Below are positions 17,008 through 25,783 of a DNA stretch of 64,000 bases, in pieces (the stretch's first letter is position 1; every line of letters begins with the position of its first letter). Made by a program: the position numbers and the translations under genes. The notes under the pieces are model-generated. The model had not been told where the DNA came from and searched no databases. It was given only the letters and a program-made list of their open reading frames with translations. Source of the stretch: Kiritimatiellia bacterium (GTDB lineage Bacteria > Verrucomicrobiota > Kiritimatiellia > RFP12 > UBA1067); assembly GCA_017403825.1 (NCBI GenBank), contig JAFRDO010000016.1, positions 25,814 to 89,813 on the forward strand, in the 5' to 3' direction.

Positions 17008-17601
17008 ATGAAAACGGCTCTTGGCAAGGGATTTGTCCGGTCGCTCCTACTGCTTTCGCCTCTGGTGCTTGCGGGGTGCCTGACTTCGCGTGTGCCGGAA
17101 GTCGCGTGCTGGAATATCGAGTACACGGCTGATGCTGCTACGGCGGCGAAGGCGGACGACGCCCGATTAGGCATCGTGCGCGTGTCGCAGGTTGTAGTCA
17201 GGGCGCCTTATGCTGCGAAGGGGATTGCGGTGCTGCGCGCCAACGGAACCGTCGCGTTCGATCCGTACAACGAGTATGCGGCCGGTCCCGCCGCCCTACT
17301 TAAGGGCGTCGTCTCCGATGCGATGGTCGCGTCAGGGCTGTTCAAGGCTGTCGTCAGTGAATCGTCTTCGGTCAAGGCTTCGCTGCTCGCCGAGGTCACT
17401 GTCACGCGTCTGGCGATCGACTGCCGCGAGGAAGGCGTGCGGCGTGCGTCGGCGGAGCTGCTGCTGCAGCTGGTGGACGGTCGCGAGATTTCGGCGGCGG
17501 TGAAGGGAGCCGGTGCAGCCGACGCGGCGGACGGCAATTACGGCGCAGCGCTTTCGCGGGCGGTAACCGATGCGCTTGCCGCTGCTCTCGGGCAGCTTTG
17601 A
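17008..17601 (+). CDS. PqiC-like ABC-transport auxiliary lipoprotein
   Basis: Lipobox LAGC, FDPYNEYAAGP, first gene of an mlaEFD-type operon. Confidence 0.78.
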   Translation: MKTALGKGFVRSLLLLSPLVLAGCLTSRVPEVACWNIEYTADAATAAKADDARLGIVRVSQVVVRAPYAAKGIAVLRANGTVAFDPYNEYAAGPAALLKGVVSDAMVASGLFKAVVSESSSVKASLLAEVTVTRLAIDCREEGVRRASAELLLQLVDGREISAAVKGAGAADAADGNYGAALSRAVTDALAAALGQL

Positions 17602-17610
17602 CGGGAGGCG

Positions 17611-18402
17611 ATGGCTGTTTTCTCCAATGTCGGCATGAAGTCCGTCGCGGTGGCGTCGGGCGTGGCCGGATGCCTTGCCGTGCTGGGCGAGACATGCACG
17701 TGCGCCTTCGGCATGCTGTTGCATCCGCGGCGGTTCAGGTTCGGCGATGCTGCGCTGGCGTTCCAGCGCGCCGCGTTCGACGGGTTGCCCATTTCTGCGG
17801 GGATAGGCTTTCTGCTCGGCGTCATACTGGCGTTCCAGTCCGCCGCCGCGCTCAAGATGTTCGGGGCCGAAGTGTATGTTTCCGATTTCCTTGCTATTGC
17901 GCTTTTCCGTGAGCTAGGGCCCCTCGTGACGGCGATCATACTTGCGGGGCGTTCAGGGAGCGCGTTCGCCGCCGAGATCGGAACGATGAAGGTGGACGAG
18001 GAGCTGGACGCCCTGACGACGATGGGGCTGCCTCCGGTAAGGTTCCTGGTGATGCCGCGAGTGGTGGCGGCCGTGCTGGCGATGCCAGTCCTCACGATCT
18101 TTGCGGAGCTTACGGGTCTTGTCGGCGGCGCGGCTGTGCTTTCGATGATGGACGTGCCGCCTACGGTGTTCTGGAGCCATGTCTCCGGCGCGTCGACCCC
18201 GCTCTCCATATCGATAGGAATCATAAAGGGCTTGATCTTCGGGCTTCTGGTCGGCCTGATCGGCTGCACCGCCGGAATGCGCACGAAGTCAACCGCCGAC
18301 GGCGTGGGCGTGGCGGCCACGGCAGCCGTAGTCGGAGGCATAGTCGCAATCGCAGTGTCGGACGGCCTGATGGCCGTGCTGTGCTACATATGGGACCTGT
18401 AA
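17611..18402 (+). CDS. mlaE: MlaE-family ABC permease
   Basis: RELGPLVTAIILAGRSGSAFAAEIGTMKVDEELDAL. Confidence 0.92.
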   Translation: MAVFSNVGMKSVAVASGVAGCLAVLGETCTCAFGMLLHPRRFRFGDAALAFQRAAFDGLPISAGIGFLLGVILAFQSAAALKMFGAEVYVSDFLAIALFRELGPLVTAIILAGRSGSAFAAEIGTMKVDEELDALTTMGLPPVRFLVMPRVVAAVLAMPVLTIFAELTGLVGGAAVLSMMDVPPTVFWSHVSGASTPLSISIGIIKGLIFGLLVGLIGCTAGMRTKSTADGVGVAATAAVVGGIVAIAVSDGLMAVLCYIWDL

Positions 18403-19136
18403 TCAGTCTTGAGCATGTGGACGCCGGGTATCCCGGCGCCGTTATCCTGCACGACGTCACGTTCGACGTCGCGCGAGGCGAGGTGTTCATTCTGCTCGGC
18501 GGGTCGGGATGCGGAAAGTCAACGGTCATGAAGCACATGATCGGGCTGAACCCTGTGCTGTCCGGCAAGCTGTCGGTGGCCGGACTTGAGTGGACGCGGC
18601 GAAACCGTGCCGCGCTTTGCCGCAAGATAGGCGTCATGTACCAGTCTGGGGCGCTCTTCGGCTCCATGACATGCCTTGAGAACGTGATGCTGCCCTTGGA
18701 GGAGTTCTCTAAGCTGGGCAAGGGCGAGCGCCGCGCCCGCGCCCGTTCGCTCCTTGCCGACGTGGAGCTTGAGGACGCGGCGGACAAGATGCCGTCGGAG
18801 ATTTCCGGCGGCATGCGCAAGCGCGTTGCCATCGCCCGGGCGATGGCCCTTGAACCGGAGGTCGTTTTTCTCGACGAGCCGAGCGCGGGGCTCGACCCCA
18901 TAACGTCGTCGTCGCTCGATGACCTCATTCTCAGGCTCCGCGGCGACAAGGGCATGACGTTCGTGGTCGTAACCCACGAGCTGCCTAGCGTGTTCAAGAT
19001 AGGCGACAGGGCCGCGATGTTCGATCGTTCGCGCAAGGCTATGGTGGCGCTCGGCAGCCCGAAGGAGCTTCGCGAATCGTCCGCAGACCCGTTTGTAAGG
19101 AAGTTCTTCAGCAGGGGAGGTTCAGATGGCATCTAA
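18390..19136 (+). CDS. mlaF: MlaF-family ABC ATP-binding protein
   Basis: GGSGCGKS, YQSGALFGSM, ISGGMRKRVAIARA, FLDEPSAGLDP, VTHE. Confidence 0.92.
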   Translation: MGPVISLEHVDAGYPGAVILHDVTFDVARGEVFILLGGSGCGKSTVMKHMIGLNPVLSGKLSVAGLEWTRRNRAALCRKIGVMYQSGALFGSMTCLENVMLPLEEFSKLGKGERRARARSLLADVELEDAADKMPSEISGGMRKRVAIARAMALEPEVVFLDEPSAGLDPITSSSLDDLILRLRGDKGMTFVVVTHELPSVFKIGDRAAMFDRSRKAMVALGSPKELRESSADPFVRKFFSRGGSDGI

Positions 19137-19881
19137 CCACGCAAGCTACGCCACGATCGGACTGACGGTGGTCCTCGGCATCGTAGCAATAACCGCCACG
19201 CTCGTGTATATCGGCGGCGCCGGCGGCGCCGACAGGTTCATGTTCGCCGAGACGTACTACGACAGGTCGGTGAGCGGCCTTTCAGTAGGCAGCACCGTCA
19301 ACTTCCGGGGCGTGAAGGTCGGCGAGGTCAAGGAGATAAGCTTCGTCGGCAACAAGTACGAGACCAGCGATGACGACGCCCAGCGCATCTACATACTGAT
19401 GGCTTTCCGTTGCGACGACCTGGCCCTGTACTCCGGCAAGGCAAAAAGGCTTTTGGACAGGGGTTTGCGCGCGACAGTCACCGCCAGCGGCGTGACTGGA
19501 CTTTCGAGAATCGAGCTCGACCTGCTGAAGCAAGCGGCTCCTCCTCCGCCGATAAGCTGGCAGCCGAAGAACCTGTACATACCGCCCGCGCCGTCGCTGA
19601 TGAGCAGCTTCTCCGATTCTGCCACGAAGGTGATGAACCAGATCAACAAGATGGACCTCGATGCGGCGTGGAGCAACATTCATGTCGCAGTGGAGTCGGT
19701 TTCCCGTGCCACGGAAAGCGCAATGACGACATTGGAGACGCGTCGGGCGGACTTCTCGCGGATCATCGAGAACATCGCCGAGGCGTCCGAGTCGCTGCGG
19801 GAACTCGCGGCGGAACTGAAGCGCAACCCGTCGCTCCTGCTGCGCGAGCGCACAGAAGCCCCGCTTGACGAGACGAGATGA
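19126..19881 (+). CDS. mlaD: MlaD/MCE-domain protein
   Basis: N-terminal TM, SVSGLSVGSTVNFRGVKVGEV, helical tail ending NPSLLL. Confidence 0.88.
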   Translation: MASNHASYATIGLTVVLGIVAITATLVYIGGAGGADRFMFAETYYDRSVSGLSVGSTVNFRGVKVGEVKEISFVGNKYETSDDDAQRIYILMAFRCDDLALYSGKAKRLLDRGLRATVTASGVTGLSRIELDLLKQAAPPPPISWQPKNLYIPPAPSLMSSFSDSATKVMNQINKMDLDAAWSNIHVAVESVSRATESAMTTLETRRADFSRIIENIAEASESLRELAAELKRNPSLLLRERTEAPLDETR

Positions 19882-22109
19882 AAGCTGGCGGCCGCGACAT
19901 GCCAGGTTCCGGCGTCGAACTGCTTGCGCCGGCGGGGAACTTCGCCGTCGCGCGCGCGGCGTTCGCTGCAGGGGCCGATGCCGTATACTGCGGGCTTGCG
20001 GACTTCTCCGCCAGGGCGTTCGCCGACAACTTCTCGACTGACGACATGCGCGACCTCCTGCGCCTGGCTCGCTCGCAGGGGCTCAAGGTCTACGTCACGT
20101 TCAACACTGTGATTGACGAATGTGACGCGGAGCGCGCCGTCCGCACGCTGGCACAGCTCGACGAACTGCGCCCCGACGCCATTATCGTGCAGGACATCGG
20201 AGTCGCCCGCATCTGCCGCAGGCATTTCCCGAATCTTTGCCTCCATGCCTCTACGCAACTCGTGGCGCACAACCTTGAGGGCGTGCTGGCGTTGCGCGAG
20301 CTGGGCTTTCGCCGCGTTGTGCTGGCGCGAGAACTCAGTCTGGCTGAGATAGAGTCCATTGCCCGCCGTTGCGGCGTAGAGATAGAGGTGTTCATTCACG
20401 GCGCACTTTGCTATTCGCTTTCCGGGCTCTGCCTCTTCGGGGCGATGGAAAAGGGACGCAGCGGCAACCGCGGGAAGTGCCCGTACTGCTGCCGTCAGGG
20501 ATTTCCCGTTCAGTCTGCGGACGGCGGTGCGGCGGTTTCGCACCCGTTTTCAATGAAGGACCTTCGCCTCGGCGAAGACGTACGCAGACTTGCCGACGCA
20601 GGCGTAGCGTCCCTCAAGATCGAGGGACGCATGAAGTCCGCGCTTTATGTCGCGAGCGTTACGCGCTACTACCGGCAGATCCTGGACAGGGAAGATGCAA
20701 GAAACGGGAAGGGGGTCTCGGTCGAGGATCTGGAAACGGTCTTCTCCCGCCGCACGACGGAACTCTATTTCCGCGGCCAGCCCGGGCAGGTAGAGTCTCC
20801 GATCGACACGGGTTCGCCTGGTCACGTCGGCGCGCCCGTCGGGACGGTGAAGCATGTTACGAAAGACCGCGACGGACGAAGCTGGCTTCGCTTCCACACC
20901 AGGCGAGCGCTTGAGAAGCATGACGGGCTGCAGTTCGAGGCTGTCGGCGCTGACGGACGCCGCCTTGGCATGGGGATAACCGAAATGCGCCAGTCGATTT
21001 CGCGGCGGCCGGTCCTTGAGGTTGACGCTGGGACCGACGTGGAGATACTGCTTCCCGACGAGCGTGGGCCCGCCGGAGCGGGCGCGACTGATTGGTCGGC
21101 AATCAAGCCGGGAAGCACTGTATTTTGCTCGATGTCGAACGCGGTGAAGCGAATGTTTCCCACGCCGTCGTTCCGTCCGAGCGATCTCCCTGGCGGCTGC
21201 ACCCTGGACGTTGAAGTTGGCCTTTCCCGCGACGGCATCTCATGCCGTGTTGCCAGTCCTGTTGCCGTTTCGGTTTCTAAGCCGCTCGCACTGGAAAAGG
21301 CGAAAGCTCCAGATCGGACGGCAGAGGGCGTGCGCAAGGCCTTCGCCAAGCTGGGAGGAACGGATTACAGCCTAGGACGCCTGTCGGTGAATGACCCTGA
21401 CGGACTCTTCGCTCCGCCGAGCGTGCTGAACGACATTCGCCGCGAGCTTGTGGAGAAGCTCGATGCGGCGCGGGCTGAGGCGATGCGGGAGCGGGTCGGA
21501 TCGGCGCTTGAAGACGTTGTGCGCCGAGGAGAAACGCATGAACGTCCGACCCCGTGCCGCCGCCTGAAAATGCGTCCCGACCAGGTCATGCCGCCAGGAG
21601 AATGGGACGAGGTCATTGTGACGATGGGCGAGGGCGGCGATCGCGTCGCGACGCCCGTCTACACTGCCGAGCCTGACTTTGCCAGGTTGCGCGCAGACGC
21701 AAAGCGCTTGATCCGCAGGGGCTGCGTCCGCTGGGAGGCGAGCGACTTGGCGACGCTGCGCATGCTGCGTTCGCTAGGCGTCGAGGACGTGACGGCCGAC
21801 TGGACTCTCTATGCGTTCAACACCCAGGCTTTGCAGGCTCTCGCCGACCTTGGAGTGAGCCGTTTCGTGGCCAGCCCCGAGAACGCACAGGACAACATGA
21901 GGGCTCTTGCCGGGAGTGGCTTTGACGTAGAGTTCGTTTCGCAGCAGTCGACGCCGCTGTTCATTTCGCTGACGGAACCGGCCATGCGTCCGCCGGATCT
22001 GGCTGTGTTCCGCATCGGACGCGTGTGGGTAACCACGCGTCCGACGCCGCGAACGTTCGCGGCGCCGCCGGGAGTCTCGACGCGAGTCGACATCTCCTGG
22101 GATCAGTGA
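19878..22109 (+). CDS. Peptidase U32-family protein (RlhA-like RNA hydroxylase) with DUF3656-like region
   Basis: ELLAPAG, HASTQ, LARELS, HGALCYSLSGLC, NRGKCPYCCR, LKIEGRMK. Confidence 0.85.
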   Translation: MKAGGRDMPGSGVELLAPAGNFAVARAAFAAGADAVYCGLADFSARAFADNFSTDDMRDLLRLARSQGLKVYVTFNTVIDECDAERAVRTLAQLDELRPDAIIVQDIGVARICRRHFPNLCLHASTQLVAHNLEGVLALRELGFRRVVLARELSLAEIESIARRCGVEIEVFIHGALCYSLSGLCLFGAMEKGRSGNRGKCPYCCRQGFPVQSADGGAAVSHPFSMKDLRLGEDVRRLADAGVASLKIEGRMKSALYVASVTRYYRQILDREDARNGKGVSVEDLETVFSRRTTELYFRGQPGQVESPIDTGSPGHVGAPVGTVKHVTKDRDGRSWLRFHTRRALEKHDGLQFEAVGADGRRLGMGITEMRQSISRRPVLEVDAGTDVEILLPDERGPAGAGATDWSAIKPGSTVFCSMSNAVKRMFPTPSFRPSDLPGGCTLDVEVGLSRDGISCRVASPVAVSVSKPLALEKAKAPDRTAEGVRKAFAKLGGTDYSLGRLSVNDPDGLFAPPSVLNDIRRELVEKLDAARAEAMRERVGSALEDVVRRGETHERPTPCRRLKMRPDQVMPPGEWDEVIVTMGEGGDRVATPVYTAEPDFARLRADAKRLIRRGCVRWEASDLATLRMLRSLGVEDVTADWTLYAFNTQALQALADLGVSRFVASPENAQDNMRALAGSGFDVEFVSQQSTPLFISLTEPAMRPPDLAVFRIGRVWVTTRPTPRTFAAPPGVSTRVDISWDQ

Positions 22110-22151
22110 CCCGCGAAAAGCCCCGTCGGCTGCCGCTGAATTTTCGTGCTG

Positions 22152-22703
22152 CTACTTGAAGTAGCGGTTGTAGAGGCCCTGGAACGCCTTGCCGTGGCGG
22201 GCTTCGTCCTTCGCCATCTCGTGAACGGTGTCGTGGATGGCGTCGTAGCCAAGCTCCTTCGCGCGCTTTGCGATGGCGAGCTTTCCGGCGGTCGCGCCGC
22301 ATTCGGCCTCCATGCGGCGGCGGAGGTTCTCCTTTGTGGAGTCGGTGACGATGTCGATCGTCTTGCCGAGGAGTTCGGCGAACTTCGCCGCGTGCTCGGC
22401 CTCCTCGAACGCTATGCGCTTGTACGCTTCGGCGACTTCTGGATAGCCCTCGCGGTCCGCCTGGCGCGACATGGCGAGATACATGCCGACTTCGCAGCAT
22501 TCGCCGTTGAAATGGTCCTTGAGGCCCTGCGTGACCTCCGCGTCGTCGACTATGCCGTCGCCGACGTGATGCTCGGCCACGAAGTCCAGTCCGCCGGACT
22601 GCTTGAGGAATTTCGCGCCCGGAACGCCGCACTGGGGGCACTTCTCCGGTGCCGAATCGCCTTCATGCACGTACCCGCATACGGGGCAAACCCATTTTGT
22701 CAT
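22152..22703 (-). CDS. Reverse rubrerythrin (N-terminal rubredoxin domain; NADH peroxidase-like)
   Basis: WVCPVCGY...[36 protein letters not shown] at 22703 after an AGGAAGG SD. Confidence 0.92.
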   Translation of the reverse strand: MTKWVCPVCGYVHEGDSAPEKCPQCGVPGAKFLKQSGGLDFVAEHHVGDGIVDDAEVTQGLKDHFNGECCEVGMYLAMSRQADREGYPEVAEAYKRIAFEEAEHAAKFAELLGKTIDIVTDSTKENLRRRMEAECGATAGKLAIAKRAKELGYDAIHDTVHEMAKDEARHGKAFQGLYNRYFK

Positions 22704-22735
22704 CTCTGCCTTCCTTTCTTTCAGTGCTTTCGCGT

Positions 22736-22812
22736 TGGCGGGTCTGGCGGGAATCGAACCCACTACCCGCGGTTTAGAAAACCGCTGCTCTATCCGAATG
22801 AGCTACAGACCC
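22736..22812 (-). tRNA. tRNA-Arg (anticodon UCU)
   Basis: GGGTCTGTAGCTCATTCGGATAGAGCA-GCGGT-TTTCTAA-ACCGC...GGTTCGATTCC...CCGCCA, 77 nt with encoded CCA. Confidence 0.96.
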
Positions 22813-22832
22813 AGTTGATTGTAGTGGCCCGT

Positions 22833-22862
22833 AGTATACCAAGTTTGCATTGACGCCGTCAA
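22833..22862 (-). promoter_or_regulatory. Promoter TTGACG-18-TATACT (TG-extended) for tRNA-Arg/rubrerythrin; -35 lies in the palindrome TTGACG-C-CGTCAA
   Basis: Minus strand ttgacg-gcgtcaatgcaaacttgg-tatact. Confidence 0.7.
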
Positions 22863-22907
22863 CACGACGGAATTTATTGTATAATATCGGCAACCAAGGA
22901 GGGCATC

Positions 22908-23864
22908 ATGACAAGACGTGATTTTGCAAAGGGCGTCGCTTCGGCGGGGCTGCTTGCCGCGGCGGGAAGGCTGGCGGCGCAGTCGCACGAGCCGACGGGC
23001 GTGGCGGAGCTTGACCTGCGCCAGTCTGAGATCGACGCGGTGACGCCGCAGGATTTCGCGGCGTACTGCAGCCTGGAGCCTGGCGCCGCCGGTGCGGAGG
23101 CGCTGTCGGCCGCGGTTTCGCGCTTTCCCGTGCTGGGGCGGCTTGAGGCGGCGTTCGACAAGGTGTTCCGCGAAGCGAAGGACACGGTCGTGACGGACGC
23201 GAACAGGCCGGCCGTGTGGTACCTCTACAACATGGGGCTGATCGTGAAGACGCCGAAGACGATGTTCTCGATTGACCTTCACCACCGCCGTGCGGAGGAG
23301 TTCGCGCCGTTCCTGGACTTCGCGCTCATCACCCACAATCACAACGACCACTACACGGAGCGGTTCAAGGTGGCGATGGACAGGGGCGAGCACAAGCCGG
23401 TGGTGAACAACTTCTTCGACAACTATGGCGTGAGGGACAGGAAGTATGGCGGCTACACGAGGGCGAAGTCGAAGACGTTCCGGTTCGGCGACGTTACCAT
23501 CATAACGGGCCTTTGCGACCACAACAGCTACCTCATAGACTACACGACGCCGTTCGAGGTGCAGGTGGGCGACTTCACGCTCTACCATTCTGGTGACTGC
23601 TGCAGCCACGAGAAGCTTGGCGTCACGCGCCGCCCTGACTTATGGGTGTTCCACCCTTACTGCGGCATGGATCCCGTGAAGGGCGCCGTCGAGACGGTTC
23701 GGCCGAAGAAGGCGGTGATCGCTCATCTGCAGGAGCTGGGGCATGCGAAGGGCAGGTATCGCTGGACATACCGCGATGGGATGAGGGCGAAGGCCCGCCT
23801 TGAAGCCGCCGAGTTCCCGTCCGTCATGCCGCTGTGGGGCGAGCGCCTCGATTGCCCCACCTGA
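22908..23864 (+). CDS. Tat-exported metallo-beta-lactamase-fold hydrolase
   Basis: MTRRDFAK twin-Arg signal, THNHNDH, YHSGD, AH..E..H. Confidence 0.85.
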   Translation: MTRRDFAKGVASAGLLAAAGRLAAQSHEPTGVAELDLRQSEIDAVTPQDFAAYCSLEPGAAGAEALSAAVSRFPVLGRLEAAFDKVFREAKDTVVTDANRPAVWYLYNMGLIVKTPKTMFSIDLHHRRAEEFAPFLDFALITHNHNDHYTERFKVAMDRGEHKPVVNNFFDNYGVRDRKYGGYTRAKSKTFRFGDVTIITGLCDHNSYLIDYTTPFEVQVGDFTLYHSGDCCSHEKLGVTRRPDLWVFHPYCGMDPVKGAVETVRPKKAVIAHLQELGHAKGRYRWTYRDGMRAKARLEAAEFPSVMPLWGERLDCPT

Positions 23865-23939
23865 CATTCTGTCCAGTAGACGGTGTACTCGCCATTGTCA
23901 GGGTTGAGCCAAAGTCAATCATCATCGATGATATAATAT

Positions 23940-24044
23940 GGGGGCGTACTTTGGAGCGTACTTGGGGGGCGCACCTTTGATCAAAATCATCATTGGCCGC
24001 CAACGCGCCACGAGACGCAACGGAAAACGGAAAGGCAACGGAAA
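23940..24044. repeat. Short direct repeats next to the tRNA-Ala 3' end (integrase arm-site-like)
   Basis: gggggcgtactt / tggagcgtactt / ggggggcgcacct at about 12-bp period (23940-23976), and gcaacggaaa-acggaaa-g-gcaacggaaa (24017-24044). Confidence 0.6.
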
Positions 24045-24101
24045 TGGCTCAAAAGCAATGCGATGAAAGCAAAAAAGACCGCTCGGCGCGGCCTTTCAAT
24101 C

Positions 24102-24177
<76 letters not shown>

Positions 24178-24196
24178 ATGTAACGAAGTGGAAAAA

Positions 24197-24226
24197 AGTA
24201 TATCATAATCTGCCCTAGGAAGTCAA
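24197..24226 (-). promoter_or_regulatory. tRNA-Ala promoter TTGACT-18-TATACT
   Basis: Minus strand ttgact-tcctagggcagattatga-tatact. Confidence 0.75.
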
Positions 24227-24235
24227 CCGGGGTGC

Positions 24236-24273
24236 CGCGCCTGAAGTTCAGGCGCGTTTTTTTATGGTATAAT
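24236..24273 (+). promoter_or_regulatory. Perfect 10-1-10 palindrome plus T7, overlapping the -35 region of a TGG-TATAAT promoter
   Basis: CGCGCCTGAA-G-TTCAGGCGCG (24236-24256), T-run, then TATAAT 24268-24273. Confidence 0.55.
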
Positions 24274-24330
24274 ATGCAAGATTTGTCCGCACGGGGGCGG
24301 ACGGCAGACACCGAAAAAGAAGGAGTGCGT

Positions 24331-25770
24331 GTGGAAAAGACTAAGAGATACATGGTCTTCCTGCTGGTGATGGCGGGATGCGGCGGCATGCTGTTCGATT
24401 TCGGCGGCACGATCATCGGCCCTGCACTGCCTTACATCGGGCCGGTAGAAGACAACCCCGGAAGTCTCGGCCTCTTTACAACGGCTCAGGTTTCGCACCT
24501 TTCCAGCGCGGTCGTCATGTGCGCGGCAATCGCATGCCTTGCGGCCGGCTGGCTTGCGGAAAAGTTGGGTCGCAAGCTGATGATGCTCATCTCCGCTGCC
24601 GTCGCCGCGCTCGCGTGCCTTCCAATCTGCATAGCCGAGGGGAACTATGCGATGTTCTTCCTCGGGCGCGCGATGCAGGGCGTGGCCGCCGGCTTCATCG
24701 GCGTAGTCGTGCCCATGTACCTTGCCGAGTGCCTGGATGCGAACAGCCGCGGGAAGGGCGCCGGGATGTTCCAGCTCCTCGACTTCATCGGCATAACTTT
24801 TTGCTCTGTCGTGGGGCTGGTCGTGGTCCACACGATAGGCGCTGCGGACGATGCGTCCGTCACTGCCGCGCAGAAGTCCCTCGCATGGAAGACGATTTTC
24901 TGGTCGAGTGCGGCACCTGCGATACTCTTCTTCCTTGGAGCGCTCGGCCTCAGGGAGTCGCCGCGCTGGCTTTACCGCCGCGGACGCAAGGAAGAGGCCC
25001 TTGCGGCCCTTGCCGCGAACAACGGCGAGGCGAAGGCCAGGGAGATTCTAGACGAGATGATGGCGAGTGATGCGGCAGAAGCCGCCGAGAAGGCTGCGCT
25101 TGCGGCCGCGGCGAAGGGCGACACGCTCTTCCAGAAGAAGTATGTGCTGCCGTTCTGCATCTCGCTTGCCATTCTCATCTGCAACCAGGCGATAGGTTTC
25201 AACGCCATCCAGTATTTCTCAATTCCGATGTTCATGAAGGCCGGTCTCTCTCAAGCCACGGCCAACGCCGCCAACTTCGTCGTTTGGCTCGTGCCGATTC
25301 CGGTCACGGCAGTCGCGCTCAGCCTCGTTGACCGCAGCGGACGCAAGACGCTCCTCAAAATAGGAACGGTCGGCATGGTGATTGCGCTTGCCGGCGTGGC
25401 CTCCATGTTCCTGCTGCTCGAAAAGGGGATTGCGTCAGGCGGAAACTTCGCAGGATGGATGACGGTCGGCGGCATCGCGTTGTTCGTCGCATCGTTCTCC
25501 ATCGGGCCAGGCGTTGTCGTGTGGCTTGCGCTCTCGGAGCTGATGCCGAGTCGCATCCGGGCAAACGGCATGGCGATCGCGCTCTTCGTGAACCAGATGG
25601 TTGCGTTCGCGATAGCGGACGCTTTCTTGCCCTGGCAGAAGGCATGCGGATATGCCGCCGTATTCTACTGTCTCGCTGGCTTTGCATTCCTCTACTTCCT
25701 TGCGGCAGCGTTTCTGCTGCCAGAGACCAAGGGCAAGACGCTGGAGGAGATCGAGGAATACTGGAAATAA
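24331..25770 (+). CDS. MFS sugar porter family transporter
   Basis: LGRK, PMYLAE...RG, ESPRWL, VDRSGRK, PETKGKTLEEIE. GTG 24331 after AGAAGGAG. Confidence 0.92.
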   Translation: MEKTKRYMVFLLVMAGCGGMLFDFGGTIIGPALPYIGPVEDNPGSLGLFTTAQVSHLSSAVVMCAAIACLAAGWLAEKLGRKLMMLISAAVAALACLPICIAEGNYAMFFLGRAMQGVAAGFIGVVVPMYLAECLDANSRGKGAGMFQLLDFIGITFCSVVGLVVVHTIGAADDASVTAAQKSLAWKTIFWSSAAPAILFFLGALGLRESPRWLYRRGRKEEALAALAANNGEAKAREILDEMMASDAAEAAEKAALAAAAKGDTLFQKKYVLPFCISLAILICNQAIGFNAIQYFSIPMFMKAGLSQATANAANFVVWLVPIPVTAVALSLVDRSGRKTLLKIGTVGMVIALAGVASMFLLLEKGIASGGNFAGWMTVGGIALFVASFSIGPGVVVWLALSELMPSRIRANGMAIALFVNQMVAFAIADAFLPWQKACGYAAVFYCLAGFAFLYFLAAAFLLPETKGKTLEEIEEYWK

Positions 25771-25783
25771 CGGAGGACCCGAA

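Noticed and set aside
22704-22763. ORF-track N-terminal extension of rubrerythrin
   Set aside because: It overlaps tRNA-Arg. The true start is the ATG at 22703 with an SD. Similar over-extended starts were trimmed for the 2, 4414, 8744, 24232, 25652, 37056, 38621, 43523 and 62640 ORFs
22850-22862. FNR/CRP box
   Set aside because: The spacing is TTGAC-N3-GTCAA, not TTGAT-N4-ATCAA. It is kept only as an unassigned palindrome
23940-24044. CRISPR array
   Set aside because: Repeats are only 10-12 bp with no unique spacers, and there are no cas genes
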